Positions 1 to 11,121 of a DNA stretch of 64,000 nucleotides are shown piece by piece. The notes below the pieces were generated by a model. The model searched no databases. It was given only the letters and a program-made list of their open reading frames with translations, and was not told the DNA's origin. The DNA is taken from assembly GCA_028534125.1 (NCBI GenBank), contig CM052823.1, positions 310,001-374,000 on the forward strand. Direction: 5' to 3'. The stretch's first letter is position 1. Each line of letters opens with the position of its first letter. The stretch comes from Lama glama. Taxonomy: Eukaryota. Both the position numbers and the translations under genes were made by a program.

Positions 1-2159
1 TCCATCCTGGTGCCCAGGAGGACGGAGCGCGGGCTGGAGCGGGACAGAGGTCTGGAAGTGCTGGGGCACCGCCCGGGGGCGGGGGTGCCCAGCTCTCTTG
101 CTTCACAGCTGTGGGAATGGGGGGCCGGTCAGGGTCCAGATGGAAGAGGGTGACGGGAGGTATGCCTGCTCACCTGGCTGAAGCAGGGCCTGGGGAGAGA
201 CACGGTGCCGGCCAGCGAGATCCGGAACTTCAGGCTAGACCCACACAACTTGCTTCGACCCTTTAGCACTGCAGGTGGACGGTGAACCCCGGGCCCCCGG
301 TCCTGGGCAGAGGCACCGAGAGGCTGTGAGGCGGCGCGGCGGCCGGCGCCCGGGCTGGGCCTGGCTCTGCAGTGTCAGGGCAGATGCTGCTGCGCTTGCC
401 TGTGGGCGTGGAGCGTGCCTGTCGGGGGAGGGTCCCCTGGGGAGCTCGTGCTGATGAGGGCTGGCCGCTCAGGGAGAGGGGCGGGAGCTGCCGTGAGGAG
501 GACCGCTCCATGGTTAGGCTGCTCCTGGGGTCAGGCTCAGGGTGACGCACGAGGGTCCTGACAGGAGGCCCCTTCCCCGTGCGGTGCGGCTGACGCAGAG
601 CCAGTCACCTGCCCGGGGCCTCGGCCCCTCAGAGGCCAGGAGGGAGACCCTCGGGATTTCTCCCAAGCACTTCTGGCCACTCTAACATCTCTGACGGGAA
701 CTGTGCACGGCGCATGCAGAGCCTTCCTACAGTTGACTGTCCATTTGAAGTTGTTCAGAGCCCTTTTCCGCAGCATTCAGGTGTTCTTCCCTCGGGGCTG
801 CGGGATCGGGCTAGTGGAAGGTGTGGCGTGGGCAGGCAGGGTCAGGAATGTGCTGTGGGAGGGCGGAGACAGCACGCTGGGGCAGTCAGTTCCGTTCTGG
901 CCTGAGCAGAGGCATGAAAGCAGGAGGGTCAAGATTCAGGAGCCTGGGGGGAACCTGGCAAAGAGCTGGGGTGTCTAGGGAGACGCGCACCCACACATGC
1001 ACACCTTGGTGGCAGGCCCAGGGCACAGTGCTCAGAAGGCAGGCTCCGTGAGCCAGCAGTCCTCATGACCAGTGTCTCGGAGGAGGCGGCAGTGGGGTGA
1101 AGGGTGCCCTGTGCTGCCTGGACGCGGAGGCCTGGCCCCTTGCTGGGCAGGCCCCAAGCTGGCTAGTGCCTACACGTCCCTCCCGTGCCCCCACTTCTTA
1201 GTACCCTGATCCCCCGGTGGTAGTGGGTGCCTGTGGGTGCCGCCTGCCAGCCTGTGGTGGGTGTAGCACACACACACTGAGGCCCTCACTCTTCCTCGGC
1301 ATCTTCTCTGGTGTCCTCTTGGATGCCCTCGAGGAGCTCACAGGCCAGGCTTGGTTAGGCGAAGCAGCTCTCTGGGGGGAGGTCAGAGGCAGAGGGCCAG
1401 GGCCAGCCCTCCTGGGAGGCCCGAGGCCTACGGGCAGGACTGGGGTGAAGACAGGTGCGCGGGAGGCGAGGTGGGTGGGGTTTCTGTAGTTCAGGCCCCA
1501 GATGGCGAAGGCTGCAGCTCCCCAGCCTTTCCCTGGCTCTGCACCTCATCCAGGGCTTCCCGCGACCTCTGGATGGTTCCTTCTCTGCCTGCCGTCAGTG
1601 CTGCTCAGCAGCCTCCTCCTCGCAGGCTGCCCGGCCCTTGGTCAGCACCAGGCAGGCCATTAGGATAGTGCCTGGCCCAGCCCAGGGCTCCGTCGCCCCA
1701 GAGGTCTGCACCTGGGTGCTCGGCCCCTTGCCGTGCTGGCAGGTGCTGGGGCAGGGACAGGTTCCACGGCAGGCCTGGACTTGAGGTGGGAGCAGTGCAG
1801 GGTCATTGAGGTCTGCAGAGACCCATGGCCATGACCGTGCTGGCCCACAGGGACACAGACAGTATGCCGCCGGTGCACCCCTGGGAGCGAGGCCCCACAG
1901 TTTGGGGCCTCGTGCCGCAGACGCTCCTACTCTGCCAGCTACTCTTAAGCCAGGGTTTCTTCTTAGTGGATTCAGTCGCTGCCCAGAGGGCGGCAGAGGC
2001 ACAGAGGCCGCCTGGGAGTTGGGCGTGGGGCGCTGGCTGCTCATGGGGGCCAGCAGGGGCTCTTGTAGACTAAGTGACGAAATGCACATTTTAAGAAAAA
2101 AGAAGAACGCAAATGCTTCCTGCACGTAGATGCTGTTCTTAGTTGTGGTCTTTTCGTGA

Positions 2160-2315
<156 letters not shown>

Positions 2316-3266
2316 TGAGCAGACGCTGGGGGTGGGGGTGGAGGGAGCAGTGTGGCGGTTATTTCTGGTTTAAAACCAGGATGCCCTCTGGTCTGTCGTC
2401 ACAGGTGTGGATGAGGGTGTGGAAAGGGAAAGGGATGTGCCGTGTGGGTGGGGCCTTCTGGCCACGTCCAGAGGAGGTGCCCTGGGGCAGGAGGACTCTG
2501 CAGACGGAGCCGGGCCTCTCCCAGCCCCTGGTCCTGCCCTTACAGTCTTCCCTCCTTTGTCTGTCAGCATCTAGAGGCATGTTTCCTCTCGTTAAGGAGG
2601 CATACGTGGGGCCAGGAAGTGCAGTCCTGCATCACCCATAGGATGGTGCCCTGGGGCTGGGAAGGCACTGTCCAGCAGGGTGGGCCAGCAGCGATACTGA
2701 GGTGGGGGTGTTCCCCTCCCAAGGGGCTACATCCCTGTGTTGAGTGATGTGGTCCTTCCCTCTGGGGGTCGAGCTGAGGTTTTCCAGAAACAAAGCGTCT
2801 GGCCTAGGTGTCTGCAGTGTGGAAGGACGGCGGCAGGAGGCTTGGGGGGCCTGCCTTACTCCACAGCACACCCGGGGGTGGTCTGTTCCCAGGGGCTGGA
2901 GCCCTGGACCTGGTGGAGAGCCGCCCCCCCCCAACCACCCAATCAGCGTCAAGCAGTAGGACTTTGAGGGGCTGGTGACACTTTAGAAAGGAGACACAAC
3001 CTGACACCTGGCTTTTTCTAGAGCTCTCTGGCTGCAGACCTGGAAAGAGAAGGTAGAGGCCCAGGCTGCAGGCAGAGGGCTAACCCACGGATGGGTGGGC
3101 CTCTTGGGACCACGCGGGAGTGCTTAGCTGCCAGCCGCTCAGCCCTGTTAGGGCTGTGAGCTTTCCTCTGCACTGGCAGGGAGCAGTCTTCATCGTGTGA
3201 GAAACTGAGCTCCTCAGCTTGAGACTTACAGTCACTTACCTACGTGTGGCCTCGTTTTGTTAAAAC

Positions 3267-3272
3267 TTTATT
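3267..3272 (-). terminator. BTBD6: BTBD6 polyadenylation signal
   Basis: TTTATT on + (AATAAA on -), ~430 nt past the stop, in an AT-rich patch. Confidence 0.8.
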
Positions 3273-3699
3273 ATGAAAATCCACTTAAATAGGTGAACTA
3301 CTTTAACGGACTTTTCCCATTGATTTGAAAGGAAGGTCTTAAGCTTAGAACCACTTAGAATAAAATCCAGGAGGGTGAGAAGGGGAGCAGAGCCCTCAAA
3401 GCAGGCAGGAGGTGCTGCCAGGAGGGGCCCAGGGCCTGCCTCGTGCCCCCACATCTGCCCCACGAGACGCGCACCCAACGCACAGGAGATGCCTGAGACC
3501 CAGCAGCCAAGGTTCGGCTGGGTGGAAGCGTCCGCCATGGCTTCAGGCTATGGCTGATTCATACAGGAGGCGAAGTGCAGCCCGCAGGGTCAGTAGGGTG
3601 GCAGCAGGGCATCCAGCACTTCCTGGCCCTTCCCCGGTCCCTGACTGGCTGCATAGAAGGGGCCTGCCTCTCCCAGCGTCCCACGGCCACCACAGAGCC

Positions 3700-4732
3700 T
3701 CAGGCGTAGAAGATGAGCTCAGGGATCTGCCCGCCCTGGACCCCGGTCCCGTTGGTGCTGTCGGAAGAGCACTGGAACTGAAAGGTCACCTTCCCGCACT
3801 GCACTTCCGTCATGCCCTCCTGCCCGAAGTAGCTGAGCTCACTGCCATCCAGGACGGCGCTGGCCGTGTAGAAGGTGTCCTGCTCTACCTGCACAGGGTG
3901 TTCAAACCAGACAGAAAAGGTGTTGCTGGAGCCGTCGGAGACAAACTTGGTCAAGTTCTGTGCCAGGACCACCCCCAGCCGCTTGAGTTCGATCTTCACG
4001 CTGTACTCTGCCTTCCCGGAGCTGGAGCCGTACAGGCCCAGCCCTGCAACGAACACCCTCCTGTCCACGGCGAACTGGATGCTGTCGCAGCGCCCGCGGT
4101 AGCGCCACTGGTTGCTGCGGTAGGCAGAGGACTGGAAGCGGTGGCACCGCTGGGGGGCAAGGCCCTTCCTCTTGGTCAGGGGGAAGTCCAGGAGGGGCTT
4201 GTTGGCCGCCGTGTACCACAGGAAGATGTTGTGGGTCTCCTCCAGCGTCAGGATGTCTGACTGGGCGGCACCATTGGCAAACTCCTCCAAGGTCATGGTT
4301 GGAATTCGGACCAGGTAGAGGGCTGGCCCCAGGACGTGTCTCTTGTTGCGGGGGGTGACCGGCAGGCCCTGCCTCTTGCACTCTGCCTCAGCCCAGCTCA
4401 GAACAGCCTCAAAGACCACTGCCTCCTTGGTGTTGAGGGCCTCCCGCGTCACGATGATTTCCAGTGTCTNNNNNNNNNNNNNNNNNNNNNNNNNNNNNNN
4501 NNNNNNNNNNNNNNNNNNNNNNNNNNNNNNNNNNNNNNNNNNNNNNNNNNNNNNNNNNNNNNNNNNNNNNNNNNNNNNNNNNNNNNNNNNNNNNNNNNNN
4601 NTGGCTTCCAGACTTGTCTCCAGAAAGTTGACACAGGCTTTTGCTAATGCAGGGACGATGTACTTCTTAGCAGCATAGAGCGTGGCCAGCACTGTGTCAG
4701 CTTCCAGATCGATCTCGTCACTGTACATGTAC
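3700..4732 (-). CDS. BTBD6: BTBD6 exon 4 (BTB end, BACK and PHR domains); contains N-run 4470-4601
   Basis: YMYSDEIDLEADTVLATLYAAKKY...RCHRFQSSAYRSNQWRYRGRCDSIQF...STNGTGVQGGQIPELIFYA-TGA. Confidence 0.97.
4470..4601. other. N-run (132 nt) inside BTBD6 exon 4
   Basis: Seen directly; reading frame preserved across it. Confidence 0.99.
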
Positions 4733-4904
4733 CTAGGCAGGACGGGAGCCAGGTCACAGGTTGCACAGGGCACGCCGCGTACCCAGGGCCTGGGAGAGGT
4801 GCCCATCGGTGCTGGTGGACTTTGCTGGAGCTGCAGGATGCTGGCTGGTGGAACCAGGCAGCAAGGCACCACCCCATCCTTGAGCACTCACGAAGCAGAC
4901 TTAC

Positions 4905-5023
4905 TTTAACAAGATCAGAAAAGCTGCAGGCTCCACGTCAGGAATGTGGATTTCTGACTTGACTTCTGCCAGGTCCCCGTAAAACATAGCATAGAAGACG
5001 GAACTGCCAACGGCCAAGACGTA
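4905..5023 (-). CDS. BTBD6: BTBD6 exon 3 (BTB domain)
   Basis: YVLAVGSSVFYAMFYGDLAEVKSEIHIPDVEPAAFLILL(K); donor GTAAGT; 119 nt. Confidence 0.96.
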
Positions 5024-5162
5024 CTGTGGAGGAGAGAAAGAGCTGCCCTGAGCCCCGGGCCCTCCCCGCCCCCGCGGCTGCCACACCCCAGGTAGAAGGC
5101 AGTTCATACTCAGGAGGCGGCTGGCCGCCTCTGTGAGCTCAAAGGGCCGGGCCTCTACCAAC

Positions 5163-5253
5163 CTTGTGAGCAGGCACCCTCTGGGCTGCGCCCGGGGGCC
5201 CCACGACGAAGTGGACGTCAGCCATGAGCTCGTTGTTGAACATCAGCGCGTTC
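5163..5253 (-). CDS. BTBD6: BTBD6 exon 2 (start of BTB domain)
   Basis: NALMFNNELMADVHFVVGPPGAAQRVPAHK; 91 nt, AG/GT flanks. Confidence 0.96.
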
Positions 5254-5345
5254 CTGCAAAGGGCAGAGGCACACGACGGCGCTCGGGGCTCGGGTGGGCG
5301 CGGGGCGGGGGCGCGGGCAGGGGCGGGGGCACAGCCGGGGCTCAC

Positions 5346-5719
5346 CTCTCGCGCAGAGTCGGGTGGAAGGACTGCCAGTTGGGGCTCTCCAAGTTGTTGT
5401 TGTCGGGCACGGGAGGCGCGGGCGCGGGCGGCGGCGGGGTGGGCAGCGGGGCGCTGGGCCGGCCCTTCCTGCCCGCGGCGGCGGCGGCGGCGGCGGCGGC
5501 GTTGCTGTTGGCGATGTCCGTGGCGGTGGCGGCGGCGGTGGCGGCGGGCGCGTAGAGCTCCGCGGCCATCTTCGCGGGCAGGGCGGCCTCGGCGCGCGGG
5601 GGTGGCGCGCCGTGCGCCCTCGCGCCGCGCCGAGGCCTCGGGGGCGGCTCTGCGAGGACCAGGAGCGCGGTGAGGCACTGCGCCACCCGGCCGTGCAGGC
5701 AGGCCAGGGGCAGCAGCAT
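5346..5719 (-). CDS. BTBD6: BTBD6 exon 1 (ATG 5719; second in-frame ATG 5569)
   Basis: MLLPLACLHGRVAQCLTALLVLAEP...KMAAELYAP...NWQSFHPTLRE(R); donor GTGAG at 5345-5341. Confidence 0.9.
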
Positions 5720-6309
5720 GGGGCCGCGGCGGCCGTGCGCGCGGCGTAGCGGCCTGCCCCGGGCGGCGGGCGCTTCTCCCTCGGGCCGCCCCGCCCGCCG
5801 ACCGGAGCCTCCAGCGCGCCCGCCCGCCCTCGTCCGCACCGCCGCGGCGCCCGCGCGTCACGCCGCATCACCGCTCCGCCCCGCGCGGCCGACGTGCGCC
5901 CCCGTGGCCCCGCCCCACCGCGGCCCCGGCCCCGATCCCGCCCCGCGCCGCCGACGTGCGCCCCCGTGGCTCCGCCCCGCCCCCGGCCCAGACCGGCGCG
6001 GGCTCCCGCAGGAGCCTGGCGGGAGAGTTGCGGGAAGGGGGACGTGGGGCGCGGGCTCGCGGTGGGCAGCCGGCGGCGGCGTTGGTGGCCTCAGCGCAGG
6101 ACCCCCGACGCGGGGGGGGTGCTGCCTCGCTACGAGGCCAGTCCTGCAGCCTGGGCGCCTGAGCCGTGCGGTGACCTCAAGGGCGGGGCGGAGCCGGTCC
6201 CCACGCTTGGCCGAGGAGGTGGGGAGGGGACAGGGCGCGCCGGGGGAGATGACCCCCAGGGGGCACGCGCCGCGCTGCGGGCCGCGGACACTGTTCTAAA
6301 CGGTGCGGT

Positions 6310-6860
6310 TCGGCCCTGATGACCAGCGCGCGGAGCGTCGGTGTGGTGCTGCCGGTCATTGCTGCGCAGTCCTCCGCCGGTGTTCGAGCCGGGCTGCTTT
6401 GTCGCTGTGGAGGTCTAGGCGTTCTCTTGAGTATTCTGGAGACTAGGCCCTTACGGGGTGGAGGAGCTGCAAGTACTTGTCTCGCTCTGTAGACAGCATT
6501 TTCCACTCTGGTTGTGTACTTGGCTGCACGGAAGGTTTTAGGTTTGATGTAGTCCCGTTTGTCCGTTTTTGCTTTTGTCGCCTGTGCTTTTGGTGTCCTG
6601 TTCGAGGAATCATTGCCCACTCCAAGGCCCCGCTCTTTCCTGGCTTTTTCTTCTAGGAGTTTCACGGATTCGGGTCCTAGCGTTAGGTCTTTAATCCCTT
6701 TGGAGTTAATTTCTGTGTATTGCCCTGACCTCCCGGCACCCTCGTGGGAGATCGTTTGACCGTGTGCGTGTGGGCCTGTTTCTGGGCTCTGTTCTGTTCC
6801 GTTGACCGACATGTCTCCCGTATACCAGCGCCGTACTGTTTCGGGTTCTATCTTCCAGAA
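6310..6860 (-). mobile_element. LINE-1 ORF2 3' fragment (old, GC-shifted)
   Basis: Translation YTEINSKGIKDL...TPKAQATKAKTDKRDYIKPKTFRAAK...KGLVSRI resembles the L1 ORF2p C-terminal region. Confidence 0.88.
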
Positions 6861-7850
6861 TTCCTTCCCTGGTGAAGGTGGTTTATTTATATACTTGTTT
6901 TTATTACTCCATTTTGCCTATTTTAAATACGTCATTTTGTTAGTCTTTAATGTTTCGCTTGACTGTCTAGTTCACTATTTTTTCTTTAATTAAGTGCTTA
7001 AGTCTGCTTAGAAGATTGTTCTTTAATTTGCTGATAATTTGTTTGGAGGTGAGGGCACTGTGTATCTTTTTTTTGCCTTTGAAGTCAAAGGGCACGTCGT
7101 GATATTTCTGTCCTCCGAGATACATGGAGGCCAGTTTTCATAACAGTTTCACAGACTTTGGAAAAGAACGGTTAACTTTGTAGGGTGTTAACTTAAAATG
7201 TATTTGTTGAGTCGAGTCGGTGGTGATGGCATCCAGTTCCTCATCTAGGCTTTTTCCCCCAGTCCATCTAATTTGAGAGCATTTTGTTAAAAATGTGGTT
7301 TTGAGATTTGTTTCCAACCGTTTTCCCTTCGCTTCATTCTTGCTGTGCCCCGTGTGTCTGCAGATCTGTGATCGTCCTGTCTTTTAAGATCGCTGTGTTC
7401 CTTCTGTCACAGAGCGCTCGTCCCGGCCCCACTCAAGGCTCCCAGCCCCGCCCCGCCGCCCTGCCGCCTGGGTCCCAGCACAGCCTTCTGTGCTTCACCT
7501 TTCTGCGTCACTTTAAAGTGTCTCTTGCAAACAGCATGTCATGCATTTCATGCTCTTGTCCAAGCTGGTCAGGGGATTTAACTCTGTCGCGTGACCTATA
7601 CTTGTGGTTTGTTACTCTCTCCTCGTTATCTTTTTTCTCCTAGGTTAAATGCCCCAGTCTGTCCCACACCTACCCCAGACTGCTGGCATATTTGTCTTGA
7701 AATTTTTACCAGTAGTTTCAAACTCGCAGTTTCTTATTTCAAGAACCAGTCAGTGTCAAAGTCCCACCCAAGTCAGGATGAGACCCTCTAATTTAATCCC
7801 CAGCTCTGATGGGCTCTGTTTTCTTGAAATTAGTTGGGAATCTTAACAAT
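6860..7850 (-). mobile_element. Degraded L1-like fragments
   Basis: T-rich + strand with antisense L1M-like phrases; boundaries approximate. Confidence 0.5.
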
Positions 7851-7853
7851 TCC

Positions 7854-7977
7854 TTTTTTTTTTAGGGGGAGGTAGTGAGGTTTGTGTATTTGTTTATTTT
7901 AATGAAGGTGCTGGGGGTTGATCCAGGGCCTCCTGCGTGCCGAGCCGTGCTCTGCGCTGAGCTGTTTCCCTCTTCCC
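7854..7977 (-). mobile_element. tRNA-Ala-derived SINE (Vic-1-like), diverged copy
   Basis: Reverse complement shows a tRNA-like head, an A-rich linker, CTACCTCCCCC and a polyA tail; flanked by CAATTCC direct repeats (probable TSD). Confidence 0.8.
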
Positions 7978-9329
7978 TTGGCAATTCCATTTTTAAAGTG
8001 TGTTTGTTTTCTCCTGATAATATCTTTGTTAGGGACCGAATCACACACATGCACCCCCCCCAAAACAGAACACCCACAGTGGAAGTAGGCTGTAGCTCCA
8101 GGCTGCCCAGGCTCAGAGCTGACCCTGCCTGCCTGTCACCCGATGGTCTCTGCAAGGGGGTAAGTGTTGGAGCTTAGTTACCAGCAAAGCGAGCAGTTGA
8201 GGACCTGCGACCTGGCAGCCCCAGGGCGCGTGCTGCAGACAGAGGAGGAGCCTCACTTTGCAGAGAAAAAGGAGGAAGCTGGGGTGGGGGCAGGCGGTGG
8301 CGGGGGCTGCTGCTTCCAAGGCCTTATGTTTCCACCGGAGGAAAGTGAGGGCTCGGGGTGGTGGCCGTCTCTCACTGGCTGGGCTGTGGCTGGGCCAGGG
8401 ACAGCCTCTTCCCTCCAGGGTTGGGAGGTGCGCTGTGCAGTGGGTGTGGGTGTGGGTGCAGGACTCCCCAGCCAGGCTTCCCGGTCCCACAGCGCACGAG
8501 GTTCCCGCTGGTGGCTTTCACGCTCTGTTGGTGGGCTGTGCTGGGTGGCTGCTGAGGTCCTCGTGGCACAACACAACCAGAGGTTCTGCTCCCCACTCTA
8601 CTACAGCCTCCTCTGTCAGTGTGGAGTGTCACTTGGACCTCTGCCGTCCCTGGGGGACCCAGGCGGCTTTACATGCTGCTGCCAATCTCTGTGGCCTCAG
8701 AAACCATCCCTGGGTTCTTTACGTGAGCCAAGGCTGGCAGGGGATGGAAGAGGGTGCTTGTCGGACCTCACTGGGCTTCCAGGGGCCAGAGCTCAGTCCC
8801 AAGTACCTGTGTAGATGCAGGGCAGCCAGGAGAAGTGGTCTGGCCTGGGCCCAGGAGAGGGTGCTGGGCGCTGGCTGCCAACCGGGGTCTCTGTTGCACC
8901 TGCTTATGCTGCTACTGGGGGTATTTAAGGAGCTGGTGGGCCCCTCCCTCCTAGGCCTCCTGGGGTCTTCCCTGTCTGCCCTCCCCCTGCCACCTGCCTG
9001 TGCATGCCTGCTCCCCGCTGGCCGCTCTCTCTCGGACCCCACCTCACGCCTCAGCCCCTCTTGAGCGCAGCCATCCTGGATGGTCTCGTCCAAAGGCGGT
9101 CTTGCCCCGGTGTTCTGTCACGGAGCCCCACGTGGCTCCTTCGTTACCTGTGGCTGTCCCTGCGGTCAGCTGAATTCATTCAGTTGCTCGGTGGTTTTTG
9201 TCTGCTGCGTGAAGCCTTGTGTTCAGCTCCCAGCTTAGAGCCGGGAGGGAGAGGGCGCGTGTCCCTCCTGAGCTAGGCTGGCTTTCCTGCAGCAGGAGAT
9301 ACCCGTTTACTTAAAGAGGTGTGCAGAGA

Positions 9330-9445
9330 CACAGCTGTAGTTAAGGGGGCAGAAGACATCAGCCGGTATTTCACAAGAGAAAATAGTAAATAAAAATGGA
9401 AAAAAACACGTTCGGTATAACTAGTAACCCTCAAGATGGCACATG
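9330..9445 (+). mobile_element. L1 3' fragment
   Basis: GGGCAGAAGACATCAGCCGGTATTTCACAAGAGAA...ACTAGTAA resembles the L1 ORF2 3' consensus. Confidence 0.55.
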
Positions 9446-9446
9446 A

Positions 9447-9569
9447 GGGGGGTCGAGGTATAGTTCTGTGGCAGAGTGCTTGTCTACCGTGCATGAGGTC
9501 CTGGGTTCAATCCCCAGTGCCTTCATTAAACAAAAAAGTAAACCTAATTTAAAAAACAAACAAAAAAAA
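9447..9569 (+). mobile_element. tRNA-Ala-derived SINE (Vic-1-like)
   Basis: GGTATAGTTCTGTGGCAGAG...GGTCCTGGGTTCAATCCCCAGT then AAACCTAATT and an A tail; inserted in an L1 remnant. Confidence 0.85.
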
Positions 9570-9881
9570 CGCCAAGTGAAGTAGCAGGCGCTGCGCAAGC
9601 CTCTCCTGGAGCGCATGGCGCCTCTGGGCCCTGGAGCCCCAGCCCGGGCAGCGGCTGCACCCTGCCCATGCCCGTTCCCGCTCCAGGCGTGGCGGGCTGC
9701 CAGCTGCGCTGTCCAGGAGGGAGGCTGTGTGTCGGGGCGGAGGACAGGGAGCCTGTGCGGTGGAAGGACGGGTTGGGGGCGCTCCGACTTGGGTTGGGGG
9801 GGATGCGTGTCACACGAGCTTGGTTTTCGTGTGTGGCGGGGTCTCGCCAGCACTCCAGTGTGGGGTGTGCAGCCGCGCTGA

Positions 9882-10052
<171 letters not shown>

Positions 10053-10866
10053 TAGTCTGGGCACCATGCTGGCCGGGTCCGCTGCCGGTGTGATGGTGGC
10101 TTCTGTTCCAACCCTCTGTCAGGCCAGGCAGGTAGGGGGTGGGTTGTCTCCAGAGCTGCCTCCCAGTCTCCCTTGCGCAGTCCGAACGCGGCCCTCAAGG
10201 ATTCCACCTGCCCCTGCTGGCCTCCACCATCTTGGGGAGTGGGCAGGACTCCTGGAGGCCAAGAGGACGTAGGCTTCCTGGCCTTGGCCCTGGGCTTGAG
10301 TCCCAGGGCACTGGCCTGGCGCTGAGTCATCACTGCGGAGGGCATCGCGGGCCTTCAGGCTGTCTCCCTGTTCCCAGGGGACAGTTGCCTGGTCTCCCTT
10401 CTGGGTGCAGCTGTCGGCAGTCTTGCTCTGAGTCGAATGCTCCCTAAACCCAGAGCCCCTCCTCAGGGGGGCCTTACTCTTCCTCTCAGCCCCTCACCCA
10501 GTGCCTCAGGGTCCAGTCCACTCCTTTCTGAACAGTCAGCAACCAGCAGAGTCAGTGCTGCCCAAGAAGCAGTTTCCATCTCCAAGTCTGACTCCTGAGT
10601 TCGCAGCCCAGGATCTGGGCCTCTCCGAGGGTCCAGCTGGTCGTGGCCACACGCACAGCACCCCGGGCCGGCACGCCCCCCTCCCCCCAACCTGGGCTTG
10701 TCCGTTGCCAGCATTGCCCCCTTCAGGCCAGCTCAGAGCGCACTGTGCGCTTTGAGAGGTCATGTGAAGTTCTCAAAGGGCTGAAGTTCTCAAAGGGCGC
10801 ATCTCGATGCTTCTTGCGTTTAAAACAGGAACGTGTGACGGGGCACCTTTTATTTCTTCAAAGTAG

Positions 10867-11121
<255 letters not shown>

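Larger units (their letters stand above)
5150..6420. promoter_or_regulatory. CpG island / BTBD6 promoter inside a BRF1 intron
   Basis: Very high GC and CpG density; multiple CCCCGCCCC GC boxes at 5875-5990. Confidence 0.88.

Noticed and set aside
3412-4260. 282-aa + strand ORF
   Set aside because: Antisense shadow of GC3-rich BTBD6 exon 4; no protein-like features.
3700-4887. Treating the 395-aa ORF as the whole BTBD6 CDS
   Set aside because: Its first ~50 codons are intron 3 read-through; the true exon starts at 4732.
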